A stretch of 64,000 bases of DNA, taken from Histomonas meleagridis 2922-C6/04-290x. Its lineage: Eukaryota; Protista; Parabasalia. Positions 32,484 to 43,413 of this stretch are shown one piece after another. The position numbers and the translations under genes are program-made. Below the pieces are notes generated by a model. The model searched no databases and was not told the origin of the DNA. It worked only from the letters and a program-made list of their open reading frames with translations. The stretch covers positions 124,001 to 188,000 of the forward strand of contig JAANOX010000237.1 in the NCBI GenBank assembly GCA_020184695.1, in the 5' to 3' direction. Positions within the stretch are counted from its first letter, which is position 1. Every line of letters starts with the position of its first letter.

Positions 32484-33611
32484 TTATTTATTCAACATTT
32501 CTTTTGCTTTATTTTTTACACTTACTATGTAAGCGAAATACTTCTTCATACTATGTTTTTCTTCATTTAAATTATTAATAAAATGCCCAAAATATTTTAT
32601 AGTTTTTGGTGACAGTACAACAACTTCGTCTTCATTTTCATTAACTGGCTTTAATAAATAATGAACACCCGGAGGATATAAACTCTTTGATATCTTTTGC
32701 TTACTTTTAGGTAATTTTATTCTCATTTTATACCCAAATAAATCGATTTTTATTTTGCTGCAATTCAATGCTTTATTTTTGATTTTGCGAATTTTCGTTG
32801 ACGTCTCAGCAGAAAAGATGGAATCAAGTGATAGCGCATTATGCACAGATAAAAATGGCACTGGGTCTCCATAGTTACAAAACGTTTTGCAATATTTTGT
32901 GGATTCAGCGCATAAATTCTTACTAAAGATCGCTGGAGGAGCCCAACAAATACATCGTGTATGAATTTGTGGATAATCACTTAAAAACATCTTGCCTAAT
33001 ATTGCTGCAACACCTGCTCCAAGACTATGGCCTGTGATTATTAATTTGCGATTATGATTTTTAATGGAAAGATCTGAAACTAATTTTGATATTTGGTTAT
33101 AAATAATAAGAGCCGAGTTATATACGCCAACATGAACATATCCATCAAATGCTGACTTTGGAGAACAATTAACATCAGTTAAAAAATTATCAAAACAATA
33201 TGTGCCACGACATGCAATAAAAATTGTGTCTAAAACATCACTATTGGTAACAAAATATGGGACTTCTGATTTAGAATCATTTAAAGAATCAAAAATTAAA
33301 GGACCTGCTTTACTTGGCATATTTCGTTCTTCTGCTTTGTGGTAAACACATCTCGATAGAGTTGCTGTTAATTTCATTAATTTAAGTTCGATCATATCTG
33401 TTAAACTTATTTCATCTGCTGGTTCTTCTGGTGGTAAAATACCTTGGCAAATTTTTCGAATCAATGGTGCAAGTGATAATTTTTTATTATTTTTTTGTTC
33501 AGTTGGAGCTTGTTGAGGAGTTTCCATCAGATTCCAACGGGTTTGCTTGGAACCCTTTGAAATAACCTCTGAAATCCATTCAATTCCAAAAAATCCGGTG
33601 GAGTAAACCAT
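32484..33611 (-). CDS. Lipase class 3 family protein
   Basis: IACRGT, HVGVY, nucleophile elbow ITGHSLGAG, GDPVP, terminal His (EKHSMKKY). Confidence 0.9.
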   Translation of the reverse strand: MVYSTGFFGIEWISEVISKGSKQTRWNLMETPQQAPTEQKNNKKLSLAPLIRKICQGILPPEEPADEISLTDMIELKLMKLTATLSRCVYHKAEERNMPSKAGPLIFDSLNDSKSEVPYFVTNSDVLDTIFIACRGTYCFDNFLTDVNCSPKSAFDGYVHVGVYNSALIIYNQISKLVSDLSIKNHNRKLIITGHSLGAGVAAILGKMFLSDYPQIHTRCICWAPPAIFSKNLCAESTKYCKTFCNYGDPVPFLSVHNALSLDSIFSAETSTKIRKIKNKALNCSKIKIDLFGYKMRIKLPKSKQKISKSLYPPGVHYLLKPVNENEDEVVVLSPKTIKYFGHFINNLNEEKHSMKKYFAYIVSVKNKAKEMLNK

Positions 33612-34065
33612 TTAAATAAAAATTAACCCCCGTGTTTGGGGGGTGCAAAGCTTCATTAATTCAATTATTCAATAGCTATCTCAATTTTTCTGTGCGCGAA
33701 AAAACGACACTTTTTGATAAATGATTCGTTTTTAGATAATATTAGCCTGATTTTCGTCATAACAGTTAAACCGCCTGACCAAGTATTCCGGGTTGTTCAA
33801 AATTTTTAATTCGCCTTTCCTCAAAAAAAGCAAATGAGCCTTGCCCATTTGGTATCAAAGATCTCTGCCCACAGAGGCACATTGCACAGCATCTGCCCAA
33901 GATGAAAACCTTAGTCAACTAAATTTTATAAAATTTGATTGAGTCGTGTTGTGCTTTCCGTTTTTCGGATCTAGTTTCCATATAATTATTTTTATGATTT
34001 CATATGAAAGTAAAATAACACAAAAATAATTCAATTTTTAATTTATAAAAAAACCATTTCTATAA

Positions 34066-37000
34066 TTATTGCAACCCAAAGAATGGAGTTATATTTTGTA
34101 TTTGCAGCAAATGACCCATTCTTTGTATCATTCTTTGGTAGTCAGCGACAGGTACATCTTCATCACCCGGATCTCTTAACACCAGCAACAATTGTTGCTG
34201 TGCGTTTTGTTGATTTCCTTGTGACAATTGAATTACCAAATTATTTAACAGCACTGCGCACGCAATTGCTATTTCATCTGGTAAATTTATATTTTCCCAT
34301 TCGTTTTGTTTCATTGCCAAAGTCTGTGCAAGAACGCGTACAATTTCATTACAATAATTTCCCATTATTTGGGGGAACTCACTGCAGACGAAATTCAATG
34401 AAAAATAAATATTTTCCGCTTCGCTTTGTGTATTTACACTTGGTAATATTAATAACATTTTCGGCAAATACTTTTGCACATCAAAGTTAACTCCTAAAAC
34501 TTTTCTCCATAATGTGAACAATAATGAAACAGTAAATTCTAAAGTAATTGCGAATGTAAGTTGTGCATCATATTCAGTCGATAAAACTTCATCAATATAT
34601 CCAAAAATTTGTGGCAAATAACGTTGAAGTAATTCAGGTTCATGTTCAGCGACTTCACGTACAGAAGCAATTGGATAAGGATAAGTATAAAAGTCACAAA
34701 TTTTTAAGCTTTCTACAAATGTTTGTACTAAGAATTTCTTCATTAAGTTTGGTATTGCTTGATAAGAAATACTATAATATGAAGATAAAACACTTATTAT
34801 GTTTGTCTTTTCAAATTCACTACATTTCGAAAAGATTTCATTTGTGAGTTTCCAAAAGTCATCAATTGGAAATATCTGTGGGTAATTATATGCTATTATT
34901 CGTAATAATTCATATAGCGAATCACCAAAGTCATAATTATAATTTGTGAATTTTTGATAATCTTCTTGACAACTTAGATCACGTCTCATTCCTTGAAAAG
35001 CACATTCTAGTAAACTATCAATGATTTCTTTCGAAAGTGGTAATGATTTTTTGATTATAATTTTAGAAAAGATAGTAAAACATAATGAAACTATTTTCGT
35101 TGATAATGTATCTTGGATTTGTTTTATCATTAATATTAAAAATTGTTGACTTTCTTCTGGGATTAAACAATTTAATGAAGCCGCACATTTAATTGCTGGT
35201 AATTGGAATTCATCTGATTCATTCTTTATCATTTTATTAAGATCTTCTTTTAATATATTAATAACACCTCTTATTGATTCTGGTATTATTTTAATCACAG
35301 AATTTAAGAAGTTTAATGTGAAAACATATGTATCTTCTATTATATTATTTTGTTCATTTTTATCTTCATCATCTTCAAATGATGGCTCACTACTAAGTAT
35401 GGAATGTACTACACTTAAAGCATTGCCTAAATATGGTATTATTTCTTGTACTTTAGCTCTTATTATTTGTTCAAGTGCCATCATTCCACTTGATATTAAT
35501 ATATTATCTTCCGATGTAATACATTGCATACATATGTTAATTGATGATATAATTGTTTCAGTTGTTTGTGGGACATAACGAATTAAAAAGCCTAAACATT
35601 CAATTGCACTTGCTTTAATATTAACTTCTTCTGGTTGATTTGCTTGCGCTGCTATAACAATAGTTTGAAGCATTTCGTTCGAGACAATAGAAATCTCTTC
35701 TTTACAAGATTTAGTTAATGCCGTGAAACAATCAATTACTCGACTTTGTAATATAACTGGATATATTTGTAAGACTTGACATAACGAAGTAAATATTGGT
35801 ACAATAAGTTTCGGAGTTTCTGTGATAGATATAATTTCAAGTAAATTATGTAATGAAACAAGTGCTTTAGATATAAGATTAGGATGTGGAACCTTTAAAA
35901 TATTAAATGTGATCGTTAAAAATGTTTCTAAAATATTATAATATGCATCATTCAAACGTTCAAAAAGTTTTGAAAAAACTTCATAACCTGCTTCTTGAAC
36001 TGTATGATTGTTGGTTTGAATACATGAAAAAGAAAATTGTATAAATGTATTAATTTGATGATGTATCATCTCGGGAACACATCCAATTAAGACAATAAGT
36101 GTTTCGGCGTAAACGGTTATCGAATTAACCGTTGTCAAATTTTCCGATTTTGACATGACGCAATTGTAAAGTTGCTTTTGCTTGGCAACGCCTGCAAGAA
36201 CTTCAATGGTGTCTATGGCAATGTTCATGTTTTCTTGATCATCAATACAAACATCATCTATGTAAGCATCAGTCGCTATTTTAAAAACACAATCAATTAT
36301 TCCATCAACAAGATTATCTGTAGTAATTGTTTCAACAGCGAGCATTGAATTTACAGGACCAAGAAGTAGACATCGGATGTTGATATCAATACTAGGCTGA
36401 ATTGCAATTTGAAGATATTGTTTGATTATTTCATCTAAATTGGGGAATTCATATTCGCTCTCAGCAATTTGCTTGAAAATATCAATTAGATAATAGGAGG
36501 TGTTGCTATTGTTTGATATTAGTTGTATGAAAATTTGGAATAATGACACATAAAGTACATCAAGACCTTCTATGATTTCTGGTGCAAAGTTGAACATCTT
36601 AGAAATGACATCCGAAACAGATTTGATTATTTCTTCGTTTTGAATTGTTAATGCTTTTTGACATAAATTTATGAAAAATCCCCAAACTGATCCAACTACT
36701 TCATGGCTAGCGCGGTCCAAGAAAACTGAGGCCATTTGAAGAGAAGCGTTGAAGTGAAACTCGGATTGCGTTTGACTGAATTGTTCTAATAATTGGAAAT
36801 ATTCTGGCCAATTCACTGCTTCAACACTCATAATAGCACCAGCTGCTGAAAGAATATTTTGAAACAAATACATGTTATCGGTTGTAGATAAATATTGAAT
36901 AAAAGTTTGTTTAATTGTTTCACCTTGATCATTTGATTGATAATGTTCCCAACGCCCTATATTCGATACCATTGTCTTCATCGCGATTGCGCATGATAAG

Positions 37001-37176
37001 CGAATTGGCGTTTCATTAGTTTGTGAAAATAGTTGGAATAATGCAAATAATGTTTCTGGAACATCATATAAAACCATTAATTGATTTGAAGCACTGTCAA
37101 TTAGCTCTTGATTAGCACACTGAGGATTGCATAAAATTGAGTATAATGAATTGAGCTGCTGAACAAGCTCTTGCAT
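34066..37176 (-). CDS. Importin-beta family karyopherin (importin-4-like), HEAT repeats
   Basis: 1036-aa helical ORF with IBN_N-type start (IRLSCAIAMKT, VNWPEYFQLL) and acidic loop (FEDDEDKNE). Confidence 0.75.
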   Translation of the reverse strand: MQELVQQLNSLYSILCNPQCANQELIDSASNQLMVLYDVPETLFALFQLFSQTNETPIRLSCAIAMKTMVSNIGRWEHYQSNDQGETIKQTFIQYLSTTDNMYLFQNILSAAGAIMSVEAVNWPEYFQLLEQFSQTQSEFHFNASLQMASVFLDRASHEVVGSVWGFFINLCQKALTIQNEEIIKSVSDVISKMFNFAPEIIEGLDVLYVSLFQIFIQLISNNSNTSYYLIDIFKQIAESEYEFPNLDEIIKQYLQIAIQPSIDINIRCLLLGPVNSMLAVETITTDNLVDGIIDCVFKIATDAYIDDVCIDDQENMNIAIDTIEVLAGVAKQKQLYNCVMSKSENLTTVNSITVYAETLIVLIGCVPEMIHHQINTFIQFSFSCIQTNNHTVQEAGYEVFSKLFERLNDAYYNILETFLTITFNILKVPHPNLISKALVSLHNLLEIISITETPKLIVPIFTSLCQVLQIYPVILQSRVIDCFTALTKSCKEEISIVSNEMLQTIVIAAQANQPEEVNIKASAIECLGFLIRYVPQTTETIISSINICMQCITSEDNILISSGMMALEQIIRAKVQEIIPYLGNALSVVHSILSSEPSFEDDEDKNEQNNIIEDTYVFTLNFLNSVIKIIPESIRGVINILKEDLNKMIKNESDEFQLPAIKCAASLNCLIPEESQQFLILMIKQIQDTLSTKIVSLCFTIFSKIIIKKSLPLSKEIIDSLLECAFQGMRRDLSCQEDYQKFTNYNYDFGDSLYELLRIIAYNYPQIFPIDDFWKLTNEIFSKCSEFEKTNIISVLSSYYSISYQAIPNLMKKFLVQTFVESLKICDFYTYPYPIASVREVAEHEPELLQRYLPQIFGYIDEVLSTEYDAQLTFAITLEFTVSLLFTLWRKVLGVNFDVQKYLPKMLLILPSVNTQSEAENIYFSLNFVCSEFPQIMGNYCNEIVRVLAQTLAMKQNEWENINLPDEIAIACAVLLNNLVIQLSQGNQQNAQQQLLLVLRDPGDEDVPVADYQRMIQRMGHLLQIQNITPFFGLQ

Positions 37177-37372
37177 TTACTCGACCTCAGGTCAAAAAGT
37201 GGCTATTTTTAAACCAATTTTTTTGTTGAACGTCACAACAATTATCATGTGTTAGGGTAAATATCATTTGCTTATATAAGTTAAAGTTGCCTTTTATCAC
37301 AATGATTTTTTTTAAGAAAAATGATTATTGTCAAATTGATTTAAAAAATCATTTTCTGTAAACAACAAATAT

Positions 37373-38401
37373 TTACTCAGTAATGTATTCATCGTATTTT
37401 TTGTGATAGTTATCATTGTTTTCGTCAAGCAATTGATCATTAATTTCTTCATATTGACTTCGATTTGTTGAGACTTCTGTACTTGGATTTGTCCCATTTT
37501 TCCACATGTCTTTTAAGGCTCCTTTACAAGCAGCAATTGAAACCGTTGGTATTAATACAGATGGAAATATCCATAAAAGTGCTGGTTGCCCATGATTCAT
37601 CACTGAAACCATGATCCAACTCAATGCAACACCTAAAATATAACATCCGAACGAAACTTCAAAATAACGAGTATCTTTTTTCTGATCATATCGTAAAAAG
37701 AAATCAAGAACAATACCCGGAATAACAACATCTCCAGCTCCAATTAATGCATTATGATCTCCACGAGGGGCTGCAAATGCTGCTGGAATGTGTGATGAAG
37801 CACTAGTGGCTGCTTCGACCATAACACTTTCACCAAAAACAAGAGGAGAGAGGAAAACCCACCAAACATCGTATATAATAAAACATATAGCAACTAGAAG
37901 ACAAATCTTAAATGATGTGATTTTGATGAACGTAATCCCTGCAACACAAATACAAAATGTGATAAGATTTGTAACAAGCCAGTGTTCTGTAAAGAACCAA
38001 ATTAATGCGGTTCCTGCAGAAAATGCAACTGTGATAATAATATTTGTAATTTTATGTGGAATTAGAGACCAAAACCAATCCCAAACAGTGAAAGCGGTGG
38101 CAACAAAACTTGAAAAAATAAGAATTATTTTCAAAAAAAGTAAAATTGAATCAATAAAGAAATAAAGAACAACTAAAATTACAGAACTTATAACAAGCAT
38201 TGCAACAATAACTTTCCATGTTACTTCAGATTGTTCTCCTGGACTTGTTTTAATTAAATCAGGTCTGCTTTGCTGATATTGTGGTTCAAAAATATTTCCC
38301 GATGAACTCATGCACCCATAAAGAATAGTGGCTGATGATATAAGTAGCAGAATTACAGAGGTAAAATCGATTGTCTGTATGAAAACACCGAACAAAAACA
38401 T
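37373..38401 (-). CDS. Signal peptide peptidase-like aspartyl protease (A22B)
   Basis: Catalytic YD (IYDVWWVF), GxGD (GAGD) and QPALL motifs in a multi-TM protein. Confidence 0.92.
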   Translation of the reverse strand: MFLFGVFIQTIDFTSVILLLISSATILYGCMSSSGNIFEPQYQQSRPDLIKTSPGEQSEVTWKVIVAMLVISSVILVVLYFFIDSILLFLKIILIFSSFVATAFTVWDWFWSLIPHKITNIIITVAFSAGTALIWFFTEHWLVTNLITFCICVAGITFIKITSFKICLLVAICFIIYDVWWVFLSPLVFGESVMVEAATSASSHIPAAFAAPRGDHNALIGAGDVVIPGIVLDFFLRYDQKKDTRYFEVSFGCYILGVALSWIMVSVMNHGQPALLWIFPSVLIPTVSIAACKGALKDMWKNGTNPSTEVSTNRSQYEEINDQLLDENNDNYHKKYDEYITE

Positions 38402-38422
38402 CTGTCCGGTTTCAGGTAGAAA

Positions 38423-38448
38423 AAGTGACGAATGTGATGTGATGTGAT
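38423..38448 (-). promoter_or_regulatory. Clustered initiator-like (TCAY) elements upstream of the SPP gene
   Basis: Minus strand reads TCACATCACATCACATTCGTCACTT about 22-47 nt upstream of the ATG, resembling the trichomonad Inr TCA(Y)(W). Confidence 0.35.
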
Positions 38449-38949
38449 TGTTAATCTCAGAAAATTGTATGATGCTTGATCTGTCATGTTCTCAAAATAA
38501 ATCTTCATTTCAATTCCTCTCGAATTGGTTTATCCCAATATTGAGACTATTTCAGATTAGAAATTTGTAAATAACTTTCATATTACTAGGAGTTGTTCTT
38601 AATATTTTAATTTTTATATAATTTTATATATAATTAGAATCATATTGATTCAAAATTGAAATTAGAATCAAATTAAATAAAAAAAGCGAAACTAAATTAA
38701 ATAAAGACTTCATTGGTAATTTAAAGTATATTTAAATCATCAAGCAAGAAACAATAAAAATGATAAATAAGTTTGGATCAAAAAATATTGAATCAATATA
38801 TTTTCTAAAGAACTTATTGACTACTTACTAATGAGTTTGGAATTTTAACAAAATATTTTTATGTTTACAAAAAGAATTCTCAGCAATGGAAAAATTTTTT
38901 TTCTGCAATCGAATTATTTGACCGTTAATAACCGTATCAATTTCATTCA

Positions 38950-40095
38950 ATGTCTTCAAACAATGGTATTTCTGCAAGCGACTATGTTCGTCAAGGCATT
39001 ATTGGTCGTGGTAACTTTGGTGTTGTTTTCAAAGCAATTTGCAAGAAAACCAATGAAATTGTAGCTATCAAAGAAATTGATCTTGAGGAAAGCGATGATG
39101 ATTTAATTGAAATCCAACGAGAGATAGACATGCTTCGTTCCTGTGAATCCGAGTATGTTGTTCATTATTATGGTTGCACACTTGTTGGTACAAAATTATG
39201 GATTGTAATGGAAATGATGGGTGGTGGATCAGTTCGTGAGCTTATTCAGATCAAGGTCATGCCTGAACCACAAATAGCTATAGTTATTTCCCAAGTTCTT
39301 CGAGCACTTGATTTTCTTCATCGCCGTCGAAAAGTTCATCGAGACATCAAAGCTGCCAACATTCTTCTTAACAACAACGGTGATGTTAAACTTGCAGATT
39401 TTGGTGTTGCTGCTTCACTTGAATCTCGAAATAAAGCCTTCACATTTGTAGGCACGCCATTTTGGATGGCACCCGAGGTTATTATGGAGAGTGGTTATGA
39501 TGAGAAGTGTGATATTTGGTCTCTTGGTATAACAGCCATTGAAATGGCCACTGGACTTCCACCATATGCCAATATTCCAGCACAACGAGTATTAATGCTT
39601 ATTCCACAAAATCCCCCGCCCACATTAGAGGGAGATTTTTCGCCTCAGTTCAAAGATTTTGTCTCCAAATGCCTCACGAAAGACCCAAAAATTCGGCCAA
39701 GCGCCAGTGCACTTTTGGGGCACCCCTTTGTGAAAAGTGCCAAACACAAAGATTTACTTGTTGAGTATATTGAGCAAGTAAAGCCATATTCTTCGTTGAG
39801 TGATGACGAGACAGTGTCATATGATGAAGAAGAGGAAGAAGAAGAGGAAGATGATTTTTGGGTATTTGATACAGTACATGTACAAACGAAACCTAAAGAA
39901 CATCAAAATAACACAAATATGTACCTGGAGGCGTTGGAGTCCGCGATTTTGAGTACTTCGAGAGATCAGAGATTTGCTCATGTGAATGAACCGTTAACAA
40001 AATTGGGCGGATTGTTTGTGTTGTGTGACTCAAGATGCCCAGGATTCGCAGAGGCCTTTGTGAAAGCACTAGTCGAGCAACAGAAAATGAATTGA
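38950..40095 (+). CDS. STE20 family kinase, GCK-III (MST3/MST4/STK25-like)
   Basis: GRGNFG, VAIK, HRDIKAAN, DFG, GTPFWMAPE (STE20 signature), C-terminal PDCD10-dimerisation-like segment CPGFAEAFVKAL. Confidence 0.93.
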   Translation: MSSNNGISASDYVRQGIIGRGNFGVVFKAICKKTNEIVAIKEIDLEESDDDLIEIQREIDMLRSCESEYVVHYYGCTLVGTKLWIVMEMMGGGSVRELIQIKVMPEPQIAIVISQVLRALDFLHRRRKVHRDIKAANILLNNNGDVKLADFGVAASLESRNKAFTFVGTPFWMAPEVIMESGYDEKCDIWSLGITAIEMATGLPPYANIPAQRVLMLIPQNPPPTLEGDFSPQFKDFVSKCLTKDPKIRPSASALLGHPFVKSAKHKDLLVEYIEQVKPYSSLSDDETVSYDEEEEEEEEDDFWVFDTVHVQTKPKEHQNNTNMYLEALESAILSTSRDQRFAHVNEPLTKLGGLFVLCDSRCPGFAEAFVKALVEQQKMN

Positions 40096-40435
40096 TGTTG
40101 TTTGTTTGTGTAATTCTCAGTAAAATTCATATGTAAAAACGAATTTAAAAATAAATGTATCGATTACATTAAATTAAATGAATGAAATTATTGATTTTGC
40201 TGTTTGTTTTTAAGTAAATATGTTTAATTATCACAAACATCACAAAAGCTATAGCTGGTGCTTTTACTCAAAATATAGTAAACAAAGAAAATAAAAAATT
40301 AAATCTTTACTTTATTTATAAATTTTTATCAAAAAAAAATTCGCATTATGCTATTTGAATTAGGAATCATTCAAATCATAAAATTATGTTTCTTATTCAT
40401 TTGTAAAAAAAAATTATGTTATAATTAATGAGAAA

Positions 40436-42592
40436 TTAAATCCATTGGTCAACATCATTGCGGGCAGCTTTATTCAAATTCTTACTAACATGCATTGATT
40501 GACTTCCATCAGAAGAAGTTAAGTAATTTGATTTCAAATCTGATGATTTTTTATTTGATTTTTTGTAGTGTACCAAAAAAATTATTATTCCCATAATTAG
40601 AAGAACAAATGCAATTGATCCACATACTAATCCAATTATAACATTTCTGGAAAGTCCATTATTAGTTTCGACGTCTAATGGTAACAATGTGTAAAAATCA
40701 GAATAAAAAGATAAATAATTTTCGTAATGAACAAGAGAATATTCATAAAAAAGAAGTTCTGTTCTTATGTAAGTTGATAAGGAATTAATAAAAGTAAATG
40801 AAACTGTAATTGATGAAAATGTTTTTATAAGTGTTATAGTTTGCTTAATTGAAATAGAAAATGTTATTACGAAAGAATGTGTTAAAGAAAGATCTAAAGG
40901 AAATGACATCGAAAAAGTATTCGATTGTATGAATGCATTTGATTCTTTAATATTTGATTGGGTAAATGAATTTGATTGAGTGAAATTGTTTGACTGTGTT
41001 AATGTGATAGATGAAATTTGTTTGCACCCATTAACAGCTGTTTGAGACACTTGCAAATTTCCAAAAGTTGTTTGACTATACGAACTTGTCACCAAAACGG
41101 AAGTTTCAAGATTGGAAAAAGAATTTGATTTTACTTCTGGTGTTGCATTTCCATAAAAATATATGCATTTAAGATTATTACAATTAGCAAAAGCATAATC
41201 TTCAATTTTTTGTAAATTTTCCCAAAATGTTATTGACTCTAGTGAAGAACATGAACAAAATGCTGAATTTCCAATTGTTTTTACACTTGAACCAATACTA
41301 ACGGATGTTAAATTTGAACAATATTGAAAAGCTGAATTAGAAATTCTTTTTATCTTGTTCCCAATTTTAGCCTTTTTAAGAAGAGAACAATTAAAACATA
41401 TATTAGAGCCTATTGAAGAAACTGAGTCAGGAATTGTTATATTCATTAAAGAAGATGAACAGAACGCATAATTATTTATAAAAGTAACATTATTTCCAAT
41501 AATAACAGTTTCAAGATAATGGCATTCAAAAAATGAATAACTTCCAATTGTATTAATTTGTGATGGAACTTTAAATAATTTGTTTTTATTTCCTGAAGGA
41601 TAAAGAAGAAGTGAAACATTTCTGTAATATAAAACTCCATCATTTTCATAATTGGAATAAATTTTATTTTCTTTAGACACTTTAATAAATTGGAGATTTG
41701 AGCATTCAGAAAAAGCACTTACATTGACATTAGAAACTGATTTGGGAATAGTAATATTTTTTAATGAAGAGCATAAAAAAAATGCTCCTTCTGGAATAGA
41801 CTCTACATTTTCTCCATTAAAAATGACTGCAGATAAACTGGTACATGAAGAAAAAATGCTCTTTCCGATCGTTTGAACAGATTTTGGTAATATAATTTCT
41901 TTTAATTTAGAGCAATAACTAAATGCTTCATCAGAAATTGTTGTTACATTTTCACCAATATTTACCTCTTCCAAGTTTGAGCATTTACTAAATGCTTTCT
42001 CTTTAATTGTTAATATTGAATTTCCAATTTTAGCAGATTTCAGTAAGCCCCAATTACAAAAAGCTTCATACGGAATTGAATCAACACCTTCTTGTATAAC
42101 GACGTATAAAGTTTTCTCTTTATACGCACCAGAAAAATCAATATCATAATTTATGTATAAAGTTTTTGAAGATTCATTAAATTCTTTAAATAAAGAATGT
42201 ATAAAAAATATGGTAAAAAGGAATAAATTTACCCCTTGATTTTGTGACTTTTTCCTTTGAACACCATCACACAAATATTTTTCATACGAAAAACTTTTAC
42301 GAATGAAAATAAAAAATGCAATTATCCAAATGAATTTCAAAGTAAAATTACATATGTTCAAGTAAGTATGATGAAAATTAAAGATTATAAAATGAGGGCA
42401 GTTAAAAAGAAATTTTTCAGAAATGCTATTGGAAGGTAATTTAGTTAATTTGATAATTGAAAAAGATATTCGGATATGATCAAAAATCTCGGTGGGTATT
42501 TTGCATTCATCAATTGAGATAAAACTGAAACAACTAATGTGCGCTAGTAGTGTTATTAATATCAAAATATGACTATTTGCTAGAAAGAACAA
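40436..42592 (-). CDS. BspA-like (TpLRR/LRR_5) surface protein with stalk, TM helix and tail
   Basis: Repeated IGxxAFxxCxxLxxIxIPxSVxx units, TQSNxF repeats, TM IIGLVCGSIAFVLLIMGIIIFLV. Start codon uncertain. Confidence 0.9.
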   Translation of the reverse strand: MFFLANSHILILITLLAHISCFSFISIDECKIPTEIFDHIRISFSIIKLTKLPSNSISEKFLFNCPHFIIFNFHHTYLNICNFTLKFIWIIAFFIFIRKSFSYEKYLCDGVQRKKSQNQGVNLFLFTIFFIHSLFKEFNESSKTLYINYDIDFSGAYKEKTLYVVIQEGVDSIPYEAFCNWGLLKSAKIGNSILTIKEKAFSKCSNLEEVNIGENVTTISDEAFSYCSKLKEIILPKSVQTIGKSIFSSCTSLSAVIFNGENVESIPEGAFFLCSSLKNITIPKSVSNVNVSAFSECSNLQFIKVSKENKIYSNYENDGVLYYRNVSLLLYPSGNKNKLFKVPSQINTIGSYSFFECHYLETVIIGNNVTFINNYAFCSSSLMNITIPDSVSSIGSNICFNCSLLKKAKIGNKIKRISNSAFQYCSNLTSVSIGSSVKTIGNSAFCSCSSLESITFWENLQKIEDYAFANCNNLKCIYFYGNATPEVKSNSFSNLETSVLVTSSYSQTTFGNLQVSQTAVNGCKQISSITLTQSNNFTQSNSFTQSNIKESNAFIQSNTFSMSFPLDLSLTHSFVITFSISIKQTITLIKTFSSITVSFTFINSLSTYIRTELLFYEYSLVHYENYLSFYSDFYTLLPLDVETNNGLSRNVIIGLVCGSIAFVLLIMGIIIFLVHYKKSNKKSSDLKSNYLTSSDGSQSMHVSKNLNKAARNDVDQWI

Positions 42593-43107
42593 TGAAATTT
42601 TTGGAGATGAAATTTACTATTTTAATTAAAAAGTTTACTTCTTTTGAATTCTGCTGGCATCTGGAAAAAAGTTTACAACGTTGAATTTTTTTTGAACTGA
42701 ACTGTAGCTCAAGATAAATCACAGTTTGAACTGTGAAATAGGAAACCAGATGAATTTCTGTACAACTTACTTAATACTTAGAATTTATAATTAACTGACG
42801 AAAGAAAATGATTTTTATACTTCTAAGATAAAGAACTTGGTGGAAATTTTAAAGATATTCACGTTCGTATTTTTTATGTACAAAACTTCCATGTAATTTG
42901 TAAACTGTTCAATATTTTCTGAGTCTGAACGTTCAGACAAAGAACGGTTTTGTTAATATGAAAATTCTGAGACTTTTAATCGGTATATGAATCACTTCAC
43001 TTATTTGATTTATAGCATTCATCACGAGTTTGATTCGAATTTATCAAAATATTTTCATATATCTAATTTGATGGTTTAAATTTGTTATTTTTTCCCCTAA
43101 AAAAACG

Positions 43108-43413
43108 ATATGTGTGTGTAAAAATGGAATTGAAATGAAAAGAGAATTATCATATGAATAAGGATTAGAGAAGGCAAAAAAAATTAATGCATTTAAATTT
43201 GAAGCAAGTACACTTACAGGCGAAGGTGTTGACAACGTGTATGAAAGCATCGTAAAAACATCAATAAGTAAAGCAACCAATTTAAATGATTTAGATATGT
43301 TAAAAGTCTTCAAATTTATACACAATAATAAACAAAAAGAGATAACATTTCGAAAAAATAATTTTGTTGAAACAGCAGTTTACTCACCAAATAAAAAATT
43401 ATTTCTATTTTAA
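43108..43413 (+). pseudogene. Small GTPase (Rab-like) C-terminal relic
   Basis: Plus strand reads KRELSYE*GLEKAKKINAFKFEASTLTGEGVDNVYESIV, with in-frame TAA at 43159-43161. G4 is degenerate and no G1/G3 was found. Confidence 0.6.

Noticed and set aside
29175-37176. Two karyopherin-beta family genes close together as a functional cluster
   Set aside because: They are distantly related, oppositely oriented and separated by a lipase; chance adjacency is sufficient.
42180-42232. Possible GT-AG intron or 17-nt array in the BspA 5' region (GTAAAT...TTTAAAG)
   Set aside because: The 49-nt removal breaks the frame and there is no branch motif. The 20-nt parse gives poor element ends, and the ORF is already open.
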